Source of the DNA: Amoeboaphelidium protococcarum X5
Lineage: Eukaryota; Fungi; Aphelidiomycota
DNA: 64,000 nucleotides
Direction: 5' to 3'
Assembly: GCA_023515725.1 (NCBI GenBank)
Contig: JALDTO010000136.1
Span: 197,232 to 261,231, forward strand
The translations under genes and the position numbers were made by a program. The notes below the pieces were generated by a model that saw only the letters and a program-made list of their open reading frames with translations, had not been told where the DNA came from and did not search any database. Positions 30,907-42,997 of this stretch are shown here, piece after piece. The first letter of the stretch is position 1, and every line of letters begins with the position of its first letter.

Positions 30907-31740
30907 TCAGGTTGGTGATTACTCTGGCTATCTGGCGAAGAGGTGCTGGACGGGTCCTTGTCTAGCAAAGCACTTATGGTCATTGCAGGGCCATGAGTAG
31001 CCGGGTGTTTGGTTGGTGGGCCGGTGTTGGCCGTAAAGAAAAGCTGGCTAGTTGGCTGGCGGATGGAAGGAAGGGTGGGCCGGTGATGGCCATAGAAGAA
31101 AGCTGAGTGGCTGGTGAAGGCCGAAATTAGATGCCCGGCAAAGCTGGGTTTGGAATGGGCCAGTGGCCCTGGTGGTGTAAATTAAATTGGCGCGCGGGTC
31201 TCTCTTATAGCTGAATACCGACAAGGACTGCACAATCTCAATCTCTCTGGCCAGCTGTTGGATAAAAATCTTAATCCACTGTCTGTCGACCAAATTATAG
31301 TGGCTGGCCAATGAAATAGCTCTGTCCTGGTGTTGCTAACTGCTGGCATGCTTGACCCGCGCGCCGCCTTGGTATTGGTCAAAAAATCAACTGGCTTTAT
31401 AAAAATTTTGATACAAGTCAATGCCAATACCAAGGATATAAAATTTGAGCTGGTGGAAGATGACAAAGACTGAGTCTAGATGGCCTTGCAGAGTTATATT
31501 TATACTTGAGCACTTAATTGGCCCGACTCCTACATTTGATATTTCTGTCTCTTCCTCTACCGTAAGTCTCACTCCCTTTTTGGATGATTGCTAATACAAG
31601 GCATGCTGTATGGCTTCATCCTCGGTTCTCTAACTCGTTTTGCTGGTGCAGCCTTGCTGGCCTCGTATCTGGTTGTTCCTCTTATTCTGGCCGGCGAGCT
31701 GTACGAAGAACTTTTTTTATTGGTTCTCCTCCTCATAGTC

Positions 31741-32093
31741 ACAGGTGCCGTAGTATAGATTCATAGGCATCTTTGGCTGCTCCCTATCATCATTTGTATG
31801 TAGCGCCGCAGTCTATTCTTATTGGCGCTACTGCAAGAGTATCCATCCTCCTCCTCCACTTACTTATAGCCACTGGTGCCGTAGTTTAGATTCATAGGCA
31901 TCTTTGGCGGGTCCTCATCATCATTTGCATGTGGCGCCGCAGTTTATTTTTATTGGCGTTGCTGCAAGAGTCATCCTCCTCTCCTCATCGCCACTGGTAC
32001 CGTAGTCTACATTCATAGGTATCTTTGGCTGGCCCTCTATCATTGGTTGCATGTGGCGCCGTAGTCAACTTTCATAGGCGTCACTGCAAGAGT
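31741..32093. repeat. Three diverged tandem copies of a 121-131 bp unit (starts 31741, 31872, 31993), each made of two related ~60 bp halves
   Basis: The pattern GGTRCCGTAGT..ATTCATAGGYATCTTTGGC...GCGCCGYAGT...CTGCAAGAGT occurs three times. Confidence 0.9.
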
Positions 32094-32719
32094 ATTACTG
32101 TGCTTCCGTAGTTCATATCATCTGTATTATAGTCATTCTTTCATTGGAAGTACAGTAGAGTCATTAGATATTAGATTATAGATTCCTCCATTCGAATTTG
32201 TCAAGGCGTCTTTGTCTGCTCTGTAGTCTACAGTTAAGAGTTGGCTTGATCTCCTTGGCAAGAGTTTATCTTATTATTACATTGAGATGCATTGCTGCTG
32301 TGGTTCTCCTCACAATCGAGTTTGCCAGAAGTTCTGTGTTGGTATGGCCTGTCTATAAATTCTATGATGGTCCTCTGGTACTTGGTAACACAGTCATACG
32401 AACTTCTCTCCTGTTGGCGACTCTATCTCTCAGCTGCATTCTCATCATAAAAAAAAAACGAAAGTGCTGTTCAGTGCTAGAGCAATGAATAAAAAAATCA
32501 GTAAATTTAATTACTACTAACTGTATCTTTTCTTCATCCTTTTTGTTATTGTATCACAGCATTATACTTTGCAGTTGTGACAACTACTGTAACAAGTGCC
32601 CGCTTTACGTACGCGCGTCTCTTTCACAGTAACGCTTTTTCAAACTTTTAAGGAAACCACTCAATAGTTTTACACTCGGAAAATTTCAAATTGAATTGCT
32701 TCACTTGTATAAACTAAAA

Positions 32720-33300
32720 AACACCAATTGAGTATCGATACGCCAGATTAATGGGATTATCCAGTTCAATTTCATGGACTGTGTGCTGTTTTCGGCTAGG
32801 AAGTGAGGGAACTCGATCAATTGTCAAGCGATAAGTCAGAGTATGAAACTTTTGCCATGGTACCCACTCATAGAGATATAAAGGTGACCAAGAACGAGGC
32901 ATAAAAGATTGAACGTTAGATTGCACAGCGACTGATAGAGGAGCAGAAGTTTTGTGTAAATGAATCTTGGACTAGACTGTATCACATGCACATGTATATC
33001 AGAGAATCTACAAGCTCATACTCAACGATTTGACATTAAAAAACGTTCAAGCGAACTAAGGACCTACAAAGCTTTCCGCTTCTACATGACCCCTGATTCA
33101 GACTTTACGTATAGTAAATATCTGGTTTGTAATAATTTCTCAAGGACATGTCTAAGCTGTAAGAACTTCATATCTACACCTTGGGATCGCGTTCTTTGGA
33201 AATTCGGCTGATCGCAGCCTCCTATAGATCCGCAACAAGCTCTTCAAGAGATCCTCGACCCATCGCTAATCAAACGACTATATACTGCGCAATTAACGAC
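32720..33300 (+). pseudogene. Possible disrupted gene fragment (LRR-like text FLKDMSKLQELHIYTL)
   Basis: Protein-like reading frames interrupted by TGA or frameshift; no clear start. Confidence 0.25.
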
Positions 33301-33372
33301 GCGAACTAACGCTCGCCCTTCTTAATAGCAAAAAGGCCACTTCCTCTGGTGAACCTAATCTGATAAAAAAGA

Positions 33373-34041
33373 ATGGACGCAGCTCATCTGGCAAAAGAGT
33401 GCCGTATTGCTTACGGATGGAATAGAAGAGACTCTGCATTTTACGTGAGTGAATTTTTGAATTTTTGGATGCCTTTGAAAGCGTATGCCGGAGACTTTGA
33501 TGGAATTATAATATCGCCACCAGAGATTATTGACAAGGTATGGCACGTTGCGCTTTTGGATACCAAGGAATACTCTGATCATTGCCAACGCGTGTTGAGA
33601 GTTCAATTCATCCACCACAGTTCTAAGCGAGCCTATGATGACTAACGAACGTTAGCGGAGAGGAGATAGAACACATTGGCCTTATTTGATTAGAAATGGC
33701 CTGGAGAACGCGACGTGTCCGTTTGGAATTTTCCTTCTGATCGAGCCGCCGCTGATTCTCAATAAGATGCCCGACGCTCGAAACGATTGAAGGCAGATGC
33801 CACGTAATGGATTGCGGTGAACATTACGACTCTTACTGGAAGGAAGTTCAATGTCTTTGTATAGGACAACTCTACAGTTGAGGCCCTAAAACAGAAGATT
33901 TATATTAGAGAAGGGTTACCTGGAAAAGACCAACGTCTGATCTTTGCGGATTAGTAACTTGAAGATGGGAGAACTTTATAGTCCTATAATATTAAGGATC
34001 ACTCGGTCGTGCATTTGGCATTACGTTCAAGAGGATGCTGA
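33373..34041 (+). CDS. GRDP/DUF1399-like domain + basic linker + C-terminal ubiquitin-like domain ending RSRGC (paralog 1, 222 aa)
   Basis: SPPEIIDKVWHVALLDTKEYSDHC...FIHHS; RRSKRLK; TTLTGRK...QRLIFADQQLEDGRTL...VHLALRSRGC then TGA. Confidence 0.88.
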
Positions 34042-34434
34042 ATGTCTTTATCTTTTTCGTGATTGCGGATGTTTAATCAATATATGGTTTCGTTTTGTTT
34101 CATGGTGCCACTACTGGCTGAATATCGAACGAGGGCGTTTTCTCAAGTTGGCACAAAACGTTACGGCTATGAGTATAATTTATATCTATCTATTAGTTTA
34201 CTTGGCGTCTTTCCTCTTAATTATTTAGCTTGTCATAAACATGAGAGTTTAAGGGAATAATGAATATTTTCGCTGCATTTCATATTCTGCACATGCACTG
34301 ACAAAGTTGGCAATTTCAAAATATCAGAGACGCGCTCTTGCTTCTTCTTGTACTTGTACTTGCACGTTTCACAATATCATTTTCCACTGCTCTTTATATC
34401 TCATTACTTTGTAAATCTGTATTACATTCAGAAC

Positions 34435-35106
34435 ATGGATTCTGGACACTTGGCCAGAGAATGTAGTCGAGTCTACAATTGGAATAGAAGAGATTCTGCC
34501 TACTATGTCAGTGAGTTTCTAAACTATTGGATGCCGCTTAAAGCTTATGCTGACGATTAAGAAGCCACGATACTATATCCGCCCAAAGTGATTGATCAAG
34601 TATGGCTCATTGCCATATTAGATACTCAAGAATACGAAGACCATTGCCACGAATTGCTAAATGTTCCGATAATGAATTACAGCTCCAAACGTGCTTACGA
34701 TGAAGTTGAAACATTGAGAGATCGTCAGGAGATGACAATCGCGCTGTTCGACAAGAGGTGGCCTGGTGAGCGTGATGAGTCCGTGTGGAGCTTCCCTACT
34801 AATGATGATGAGAATACACCTCCGGCTCAGACAACAAGACGCTCTAAACGTCTTAAATCTGGTGCTTCAGAAAAAATTAGCTTCATTATCAAAACGTTGA
34901 CTGGAAAAAGCATATCAGTCACTTTAAAACAGTCCTCCACTGTGGAACGTTTGAAATGCGAACTGTTTTTAAAAGAAGGCATACCCACAAGGCAATAACG
35001 CCTTATTTTCAGTGGTCGTCAACTTGAAGATCCGAAAACTTTGCAAGATTATCACATCGAAAATGATTCGGTTTTGCATTTAGTATTACGTTTGTTGGCA
35101 TGTTGA
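34435..35106 (+). CDS. GRDP/DUF1399-like domain + basic linker + ubiquitin-like domain ending RLLAC (paralog 2, 223 aa)
   Basis: Paralog of 33373; KTLTGKSI...[20 protein letters not shown]...[10 protein letters not shown] then TGA. Confidence 0.88.
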
Positions 35107-35329
35107 AGAAGTGTAGAACTTTGTATATTTTAGTTCCTATGTTTTATCATCATAGTGTTTCAGCTTCAACACCTTCGTGTCTACTGTGACGCGTTCCTTC
35201 TCCTGTTCGCGTTGTGCCTCTTCTGCGTCATCAAACGGAACTTTGGCCTGTTTTAGCTTAACAATTGCCGACTCTTGCATTGCTTTGCGTCTTCTACTAT
35301 AGTATTTAGTAGCACTTTATACTATCATT

Positions 35330-36007
35330 ATGGACACTCTATATTTGGCAAAAGAATGCTCAAAAGTATATGGCTGGACTAGAAAAGATTCGGCATATTA
35401 TGTCAGTGAATTTATCAATTTTTGGCTCCCTCTTAAAGCGCATGCAAAAGATTTCGATGGTACAAAGTTGTCACCGCCTTATATTATTGATCAAGTATGG
35501 CATCTGGCTCTGCGAGATAGCTAGGAATACAGTGATCACTGCACCAATGTTTTAAAGACAGAACAGCTGATTCATCACAGTACTAAAAGAGCTTATGACG
35601 ATATCAAGACCTTGACTGAGAGAAGATAGCGCACATTGGACTTGTATGATGAACTTTACCCGGGCGAGCGGGATGAAACTTTATGGAAGTTGCCTGAAGA
35701 ATCATCAACTGCTACGGCACCGGGCAAGTCTGTGAAGACTAATAAGCGTCAAAGGCCTGGAGTTAAGCCGAGGATTAGTGTAGTAGTAATGACTGAAGAG
35801 GGGAATCGATTAACTTATAGTATATCAGAGACTACAAGGATTTAGGCTTTGTTATCAGCATTATCATCTAACTTGGGGATTCCTTTCGAGAAGTTGCGTC
35901 TGTTCGACGTAACAGCAGAAAGGCTATACGCGCACAGATCGCTGCAAGAGAGTGGCATTTAAGATAATGACCTAATACATGTGATAGTAGAAAAATGCGG
36001 CTGTTGA
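35330..36007 (+). CDS. GRDP/DUF1399-like domain + basic linker + divergent Ub/SUMO-like domain ending EKCGC (paralog 3, 225 aa)
   Basis: SPPYIIDQVWHLALRDSQEYSDHC...LIHHS; KTNKRQR; LGIPFEKLRLF...SGIQDNDLIHVIVEKCGC then TGA. Confidence 0.85.
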
Positions 36008-36143
36008 AGACTGATGCTATTTAATGAGTTACCAGTGAATAAGAAAGTGTTGGTGTTTTATTTGCACTATTGTCCTTAAACAGCTGAAAGTATCTAAAGG
36101 GAAACATAATGAGTGATTTCACTTGATCTTATGTATTTAAAAT

Positions 36144-38837
36144 TCAAAGTTCACGACTCAATGTTTTGAAGCTGAATGGAGTAAACGGATGGCCACCACC
36201 TTCGTAAAACTTTCCATTGAACTCGACCCAATGCAGACGCAACGCGTGTAAGAATGCAGATAATCCCTCCATACCTACTAGGATACCCACAGTCAACTGG
36301 AACCACATGTAGAATCCGGCTACAAGCATCACACTAGACAGAGTGGACTGAATCGTCATCTCCCACAACACTTCTGACAGCTGGGCATGAGCCAGACTTA
36401 GAGCCCAGAGACGTAGATACGACGCCGTGTTGGATATAGCACCGAGACAGAACTCGATCGTGTGAATAACCTGATGAATAACAATCTCACCAAACTCAAA
36501 TTTGCCGCCATGCTCTCCACCACCACCATGGAAATCGCCACTACCATCAGTAATAGATGCAGCATCAGCAATTCCATTTCCGTGCTGTAACTCAGTTGCC
36601 GTTGGAAGCAAACTTGCACCACCAGCAGCAGCAGTACTTGCACCACCATTTCCATCCAGATTAACGTGTACATCCGGCTTGATGACTTCGCTGTCATGAG
36701 ATCTAGCACCAGGACTATCACCACCTATAGTAGTGTATCCCATTGCAATATTGCGCTAGTGTTACTTGTACAGTTTATAAGGCTTAACACACAACATCCA
36801 CGGCACACATATCACAGCGACGAGTAGCAAAATGGTCTACACAACAGCCTGACCACCAAACAGCTCCGTACCTTCCTTAACACCACCTAGTCCCAGGAAC
36901 ATGTAGATCAGAGTATTCAGCAGACTAGGAGGATCATCACCAGGCACACGCCATGGATACAGCCACTTGAAGATTATCAGGAAAGAGAGATAACCAAAAA
37001 TGCTGAGCATAAACAGCAGTTATGGAATGAACTCGTGATACAAATTCAATGGCCGCTTAAAGTATCTACTATTGTAGACAGTCAGAATGATACCAAAGCA
37101 CATGTGCAGCACACCAATCAGAATAGACTACTTCATTTTGTATGAATTCAGAAAGAGAAGACTATTATCAGCCTATCTCCATGCAGGATCAATACCGAAG
37201 GCATAAGGATACAAGAACGTGGAGTTGAACGACTATACCTGAGTAGTCTCATTCTTAAATATCTCAATATCCCAGCCAGAACTCTACATGTACAGCGGTA
37301 GGGAGAAGAAGTCATTATAAATCAAGCCTACATACATTGAAAAGAAGCCCATCAGTAAAACTATATATCTTCCACCAAATACAATCGCCACCATTTCACC
37401 CAATTCCATCTACTCCATTTTCTTTTCGTTCAACACCAAACACAAGCCGGCAAAGAACACCAGCAGACCGTGCCCCAAATCACCAAACATGATGGCGAAC
37501 AGGAATGGGAAGGTAATAACGGTGAACAGTCCCGGATTAACTTCTTTGTACGTAGCTACGCCATATGAATCGATAATCGCCTGAAAACCAAAGGTGAACT
37601 TGTTAGTCTTATGATAAGTAGGAGGCTAATCGTGAGTCTACAACTGATTAACAATAGGCGGCACAAGCGATCCATTACGTTCACTTACAGAGTGCAGTGC
37701 ATATTGTACAGCATTTATAGACTTGCTAGGACACCATCCCTCAGCTATCAAGCACTTTCTAGTAGAATCATAATTAAACATGTCCATAGTAGAGTATATG
37801 GCCTTTTCTTTGCGCACAAACGTGGCCCATTTACCGATATGACGACTGATCACTTTCAACTCTGCAAGACGCGTTGCATTTCCATTATCCAGGACCATTC
37901 TCAAATCATCCAACTTCACTGTGACGTCTCTTAAAGCTGCAGCGCGTCTACCCTCATCAACATCGACATCATATACTGTACCTCCGAAAGACTGAGTAAT
38001 CTTCTTGATCTTGTTAATCAATTCATTTCCATGGGCGAATACAATAAACACATTCTTCTCAATCTCTTCCTCACTCACAGGATCGACAATACGCTCAGAG
38101 ATTTCAGCGTAATCCATGAACACATTACCTCTTAATGCGCGCCACAAAATACGCTCAAATACCTGCATCCTGCCGCGGGGAAGAGTACCAGTTACAAATT
38201 GTAATCCTGTTGAGGCTGTGGATGATCTGTTACCAGCTTCAACTTGGTCCAGCAGACTTTCTTCATAATCATCATCATAATTCGACGCTGGTGCATTGAA
38301 AGAACCACCTCTTCTACCACCACTAGACTAAGACTGCTAGGCAAAGAAGTACTCGCACTCGCGCAATACCTGACGCAACTCTACCAATTCCAAGTATCTC
38401 TTATTCAACTACTCCTACTAACCGTTCATCTACTGCAATCGCTATTCATACTCCTAGAATGACGACTCCAGCTCTTCCATCTATTGCATAGATCTACCTT
38501 TAACGCCAAATTTATCACCAGCAGAAGATGATGACGCTGGTGACGAATACATACTGGCGCCATTACTCGGATCAGTCAGCTTGTATTGAACATCATTCTT
38601 ATCCAGTTGTGTCTTGAAGAATCTAAGCAGGCGCTCCAAGTCATCAATACGCTTCAGCTCATTAATGAACGTACGCTGGAAAGCATTCAATCCTGAATTC
38701 AAATCTTTAAACTACACCATGCCCAACTCGCCGAGTTCAGCTACAGAGTCATGAGCCAACTCTGATGGAATATAAAGTTGGACCAGCGACATGGTCTCGC
38801 TCCTAAACAGGGAGGACTCTTATTCATTAGCCGCCAT
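36144..38837 (-). CDS. VPH1: V-type ATPase V0 subunit a
   Basis: [78 protein letters not shown]. Confidence 0.95.
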
Positions 38838-39255
38838 ATTTATATATAACTAAAAAGCAGATAGCCGAATAGAGCCAGCTGATCAATTAATTAAATTAGG
38901 TGCAATTTTCCAAGCGGGAAAAGGAGGAATCAATCGCTATTCGGCAATGCGATGATTTTACGGCTCAACTGAACACTTTTTTAACGGAAAGTTGATGATC
39001 GCGCGGATTTGCTGGTTGAAAAATAGACACGCCGACAGGTTTAGAGTGCAGAGTTGTCATGACTGCGGTACACAACTATAATTAAATCCGGTATTCTATT
39101 TTAAAACATACCGTGATATTTGCAAAGGATGGACATTGTTTATCAGGACTTCCCTTATCTCCTCCACAACCAGGCTGATCGCTATCATTCATTTTACAAA
39201 GTCTTTTAATATCACAAGCGGTTAAGTTGATTGATTACTGCTGGCTATAACCAGA

Positions 39256-41631
39256 ATGAGTTCAGATCCGATAAAATTAACTAGCATTGACACTCGCTAA
39301 CTATAAGATTCTTCTAGCCAACTGCTGCTTGACTCTATCCGTGAAACTGATGAAGATTAGAGAGATGGTGAAGAAGAAGACATGGTCTGTAACAATACTC
39401 AAAGCTTTGCATATGGTTAGAGAGATCAGTCCTTATCGCCCGCTGAGAAGGAGTACGTAGATAATCAGTTTCGCGCCATTTAAGACCTGTCGCTGTAGAA
39501 GTCTGCAAAGATTGTGGACGCGTTTGCACATCACTCGCCATCTGGTGCCACAGGAACTATAGTTGTCAGGCCGTCAGTGGCTGGTGTGTCGCTGCACTAA
39601 ATCTAAAGTCCAATCGCGTCAAGATCGCAAATATCTGCACGAAGATTCAAGACCAAGTAGCAGATTTGGGTTAGTACTTCTGGAGATGGTGTGATTTCGA
39701 GTTACAATGATGCCGCCGAGTCCATGTTTGGTTCTGACGTTGTATCTGGTAAAGGTAACTTATTAGATTTTGTTCAAGGACCTGGTTCTGTAATAAATGA
39801 TCTACGATAATTGCCTGCTGCAGTCACTGCCGCTGTTGAAACCAGTAAAAAATCTGGCAATTAAAAGCAATTAATCAGATCCGGTTAAATTGTTCAAGTA
39901 GTGCATAATGGTGCATTACATCCGTATTCTTGTTGGCTGACTGCTTATGCAGACAATGGCAGTATAGTTAAAATGAATTGGGTGTTGGAGAAGGTTGATG
40001 GTGAGATTACTTTTGAATTCAAGTTGGATGAGAGAAATTAAATCAGCAGACTTGATTCTAGTCATGAAGTCTTTTTAAATCAGGTTGATATTGTATAGTT
40101 CTCCAAGAATGTCTAGAAGCTGAGCGATGACTACTTGATCGTCAGAGTACATGGTCATAATGTTCCAGCGCGCAAGATTCGTGATGATTAACGACACGTC
40201 ATTCATGTCAAGATTGTTCCCAAGATGAGTGGTATGATTATGCTGGATTCAGCGAGTTTGGTTATTTTGAATGCTAATTAAGCTTTTTTGAATTACATAT
40301 TTGGATATTAGCTGGCTGATGTCATCCAGATGAATGGAGGTGTGTTGTCCACGATAATTGCGAATGTCAAACAGTTGGAAGATGTAATATCTTTGATAGA
40401 TTCCAAGTCTCCAACTAGTGCCTCTACTCAGAGCTCCGTCTCCACCCAAAGTCCCGTCTTAAGTCCTGTATACATTGACTCGGTGTTGTCTGGGAGTAAG
40501 GAGGCGCGGTTGAAGCTGACTGCTATTCATAAAACTGGAGCATAATTTGAACTGACTGCAGATATTAGACTGATCAGTCGCAAATCTAGTCAACGAGTTG
40601 CTCTTTGGCTCACCTATGAATTGCCAGCCATTAAAAGATCTGCAGAGTAGTCTAAAGATAAGGAGAAAGCGGAAGATTAGAGTGTGAAGTAAGAACGATC
40701 TTCAGTGTAATCCAAAGAGCCTCAGTTCTCGGAATTGGCTCAATTGTAAGGATTGACTGTTGTATCACCGATTGATGAAATTGATAACAAGAGTAAGGCT
40801 TAATCGCTGTCAGATTATGAGATTGTATAGAGATTGGGAGAAGGTGCTTTTGGATCCGTGTATTTGGTGTAGAACAAGCTTGCCGTTGATGGAAAGTAAT
40901 CAGTGTTGAAGTTTATAATTCAGAAAAAGGTCAGATAAGAGTCGTGGTATGTCGATGCCGCAACCGGTGAGAGAACTCCATTGGAAGTCTAGATCTTGTA
41001 AGAGTTATCCTCGCCTAAATTGCAGCACCCCAACATTGTGCAGTTGAAGAATGTGTTTAAGGATCGACACAACTTTTACCTTGAGATGCCTCTACATGGT
41101 CGTGGGATGGACTTGTTTGACTATGTCGATCTGAAATTGTAAATTCCTGAATGGGAAGTCCACACAATATTCAAGCAAGTGTGTAGTGCCGTCAATCATC
41201 TTCATATGAATGGGATTGTGCATCGCGATATCAAGGATGAGAATATCATTATTGACAGCAACATGCAGATTTAAATTATAGACTTTGGTAGTGCGTGTCA
41301 TTATAATGAGAAATCGCAATTTAAAGCATTCTGTGGTACTTTAGACTATATCAGCCCTGAAGTGTTGAAAGGCTAATTCTATAATGGACCACCACAAGAC
41401 ATTTGGGCGTTGGGAGTTTTATTGCATATTCTCATTTACAAAGATAATCCATTCCATTCTATGGACGAGGTGATCAAAAAGATTATAAAAGTACCGTTCG
41501 TACTAAGTGCTGGTAGTAATGACTTGCTGCAGAGGCTACTCAAAAAGAATCTCAATGATCGTATCAAGATGGCAGATATCATGAACCATCCCTGGATACA
41601 GCAGAAATATAGTGCAACTGATTCAATGTGA
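39256..41631 (+). CDS. PAS-domain Ser/Thr kinase (PASK/Psk-like)
   Basis: PAS-like N-terminal segments; kinase motifs [52 protein letters not shown]. Confidence 0.82.
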
Positions 41632-41815
41632 ATGTATATATAATATAGAAATGTACTTGCACTTTTTGCTAGATTCAGACATTATAATATAAAATGGTGA
41701 AATTGATAACTGATTTCAAATGCAATGCATAGAATAGATGTATTTGACTGAATAGCGACAATCTCAAAGCACTCAATGTAAAATAGTATAGAAGAAGTGG
41801 TGAACAATGATTAGA

Positions 41816-42517
41816 TCAACAACAACCACCACTTCTGGACTGATTACCATCTTGTAAGCGAATAGGCTCAGGGAAATCACTGTAAAATTCCACATCAGCC
41901 TCACGAGCAAGAGCATTACGCGCAATAGTGACGAAAGCATCCTCCACATTCAATCCATCCTTGGCACTAGTCTCATAATAAGGCAGTGGATTATCGCCAC
42001 CTTTCGCCGAGCACCAAGCCTGAGCCCGCTTCCCAGTCACAGCCCGCTTATCCTCCTCCACATCAACCTTGTTACCGAGGAGCAGAAATGGAAACGTGGC
42101 CGGATCTCTTGGACTAGCCTGAACCAGGAATTCATCTCTCCAGCTATCCAAAGTCTCAAAAGATTTGGCGTTATTCACATCATACACCAGAATACAGCAA
42201 TCCGCACCACGATAAAATGCGACACCCAGCGATTAGAATCTCTCCTAACCAGCTACACACAAATAAATGTCATAACGGGAGTAATTATTAGATACAATCA
42301 AAGCTAATAATTATATAATCTTACCAGTATCCCAAATCTGCAGAGTCACTGTTCTATCATCAATGACCACTTCTTTAGTGAGAAAATCTGCTCCAATCGT
42401 GGCCTTGTATTAATTTGAAAATTTCTTGTTCACATACTAATTCATCAGCGACGTCTTGCCCACACCGCTATCTCCTAGAATTATCACCTTTAATAATACC
42501 TTCTTTCTAGTCGCCAT
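41816..42517 (-). CDS. YPT7: Rab7/Ypt7 GTPase; intron 42253-42324
   Basis: [41 protein letters not shown](TAG=Q)ERF(TAA=Q)[12 protein letters not shown]-terminal GGCC. Confidence 0.96.
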
Positions 42518-42997
42518 ATTTTACTCTCGCTGACAATGAAATTTAGAATCTATTAACTGTAACTAATAGAATTTAAATTGAGGGAATAGAAAGGAGTTGA
42601 CTCGATTTTCTAAAATGTTAGGCGGAGAGGCGAAAGATTTCACGCGACACGCCCAGCTGAAAGCTTTAGATTTGATCTATGCGAGTTGGCACTTTGATCA
42701 TCATCTCCTCTTGAGATCTTAATACTTCATAAAACTAACATTGATAAGTTACGCTATGCGATGCTTGACCTGCATTGTAAGTTCAAGTCTAAATTTAACT
42801 ACTTGCAAGCGCATTTTAACTCTCTAATTGCCTATTCATTAATCGTGTGAATGACTGATCGTCCCCTGAAATTATTTCTCGAAACTTTCAAGTCGCTGCG
42901 TCGTCGCTTCATCTTCCTTAAGAGTATTCAAGAATCTTTTAAAATTTGAATAATCAAGGCGTAGAATTATAAACAGTATTAACCAGGTTATAAAGAA

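Larger units (their letters stand above)
28330..32450 (-). mobile_element. Heavily decayed retroelement-like island (possible Ty3/Gypsy remnant); boundaries approximate
   Basis: About 4 kb with no intact gene, strong strand asymmetry (minus strand purine-rich) and internal duplications. Minus-strand fragments resemble Gag PM(N/K)VD (31.75-32.1 kb), protease-like ILGIGID (about 31.43 kb) and integrase-like text (about 29.1-29.6 kb), broken by TGA stops. No RT motif or LTR pair recognised. Confidence 0.45.

Noticed and set aside
31741-32093. Possible CRISPR-like array
   Set aside because: Eukaryotic context, long degenerate units, no unique spacers and no cas genes.
33373-36007. Calling the trio polyubiquitin, NEDD8 or MUB/UBL3
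   Set aside because: No di-Gly, a large N-terminal domain, and no CaaX tail beyond position 76.
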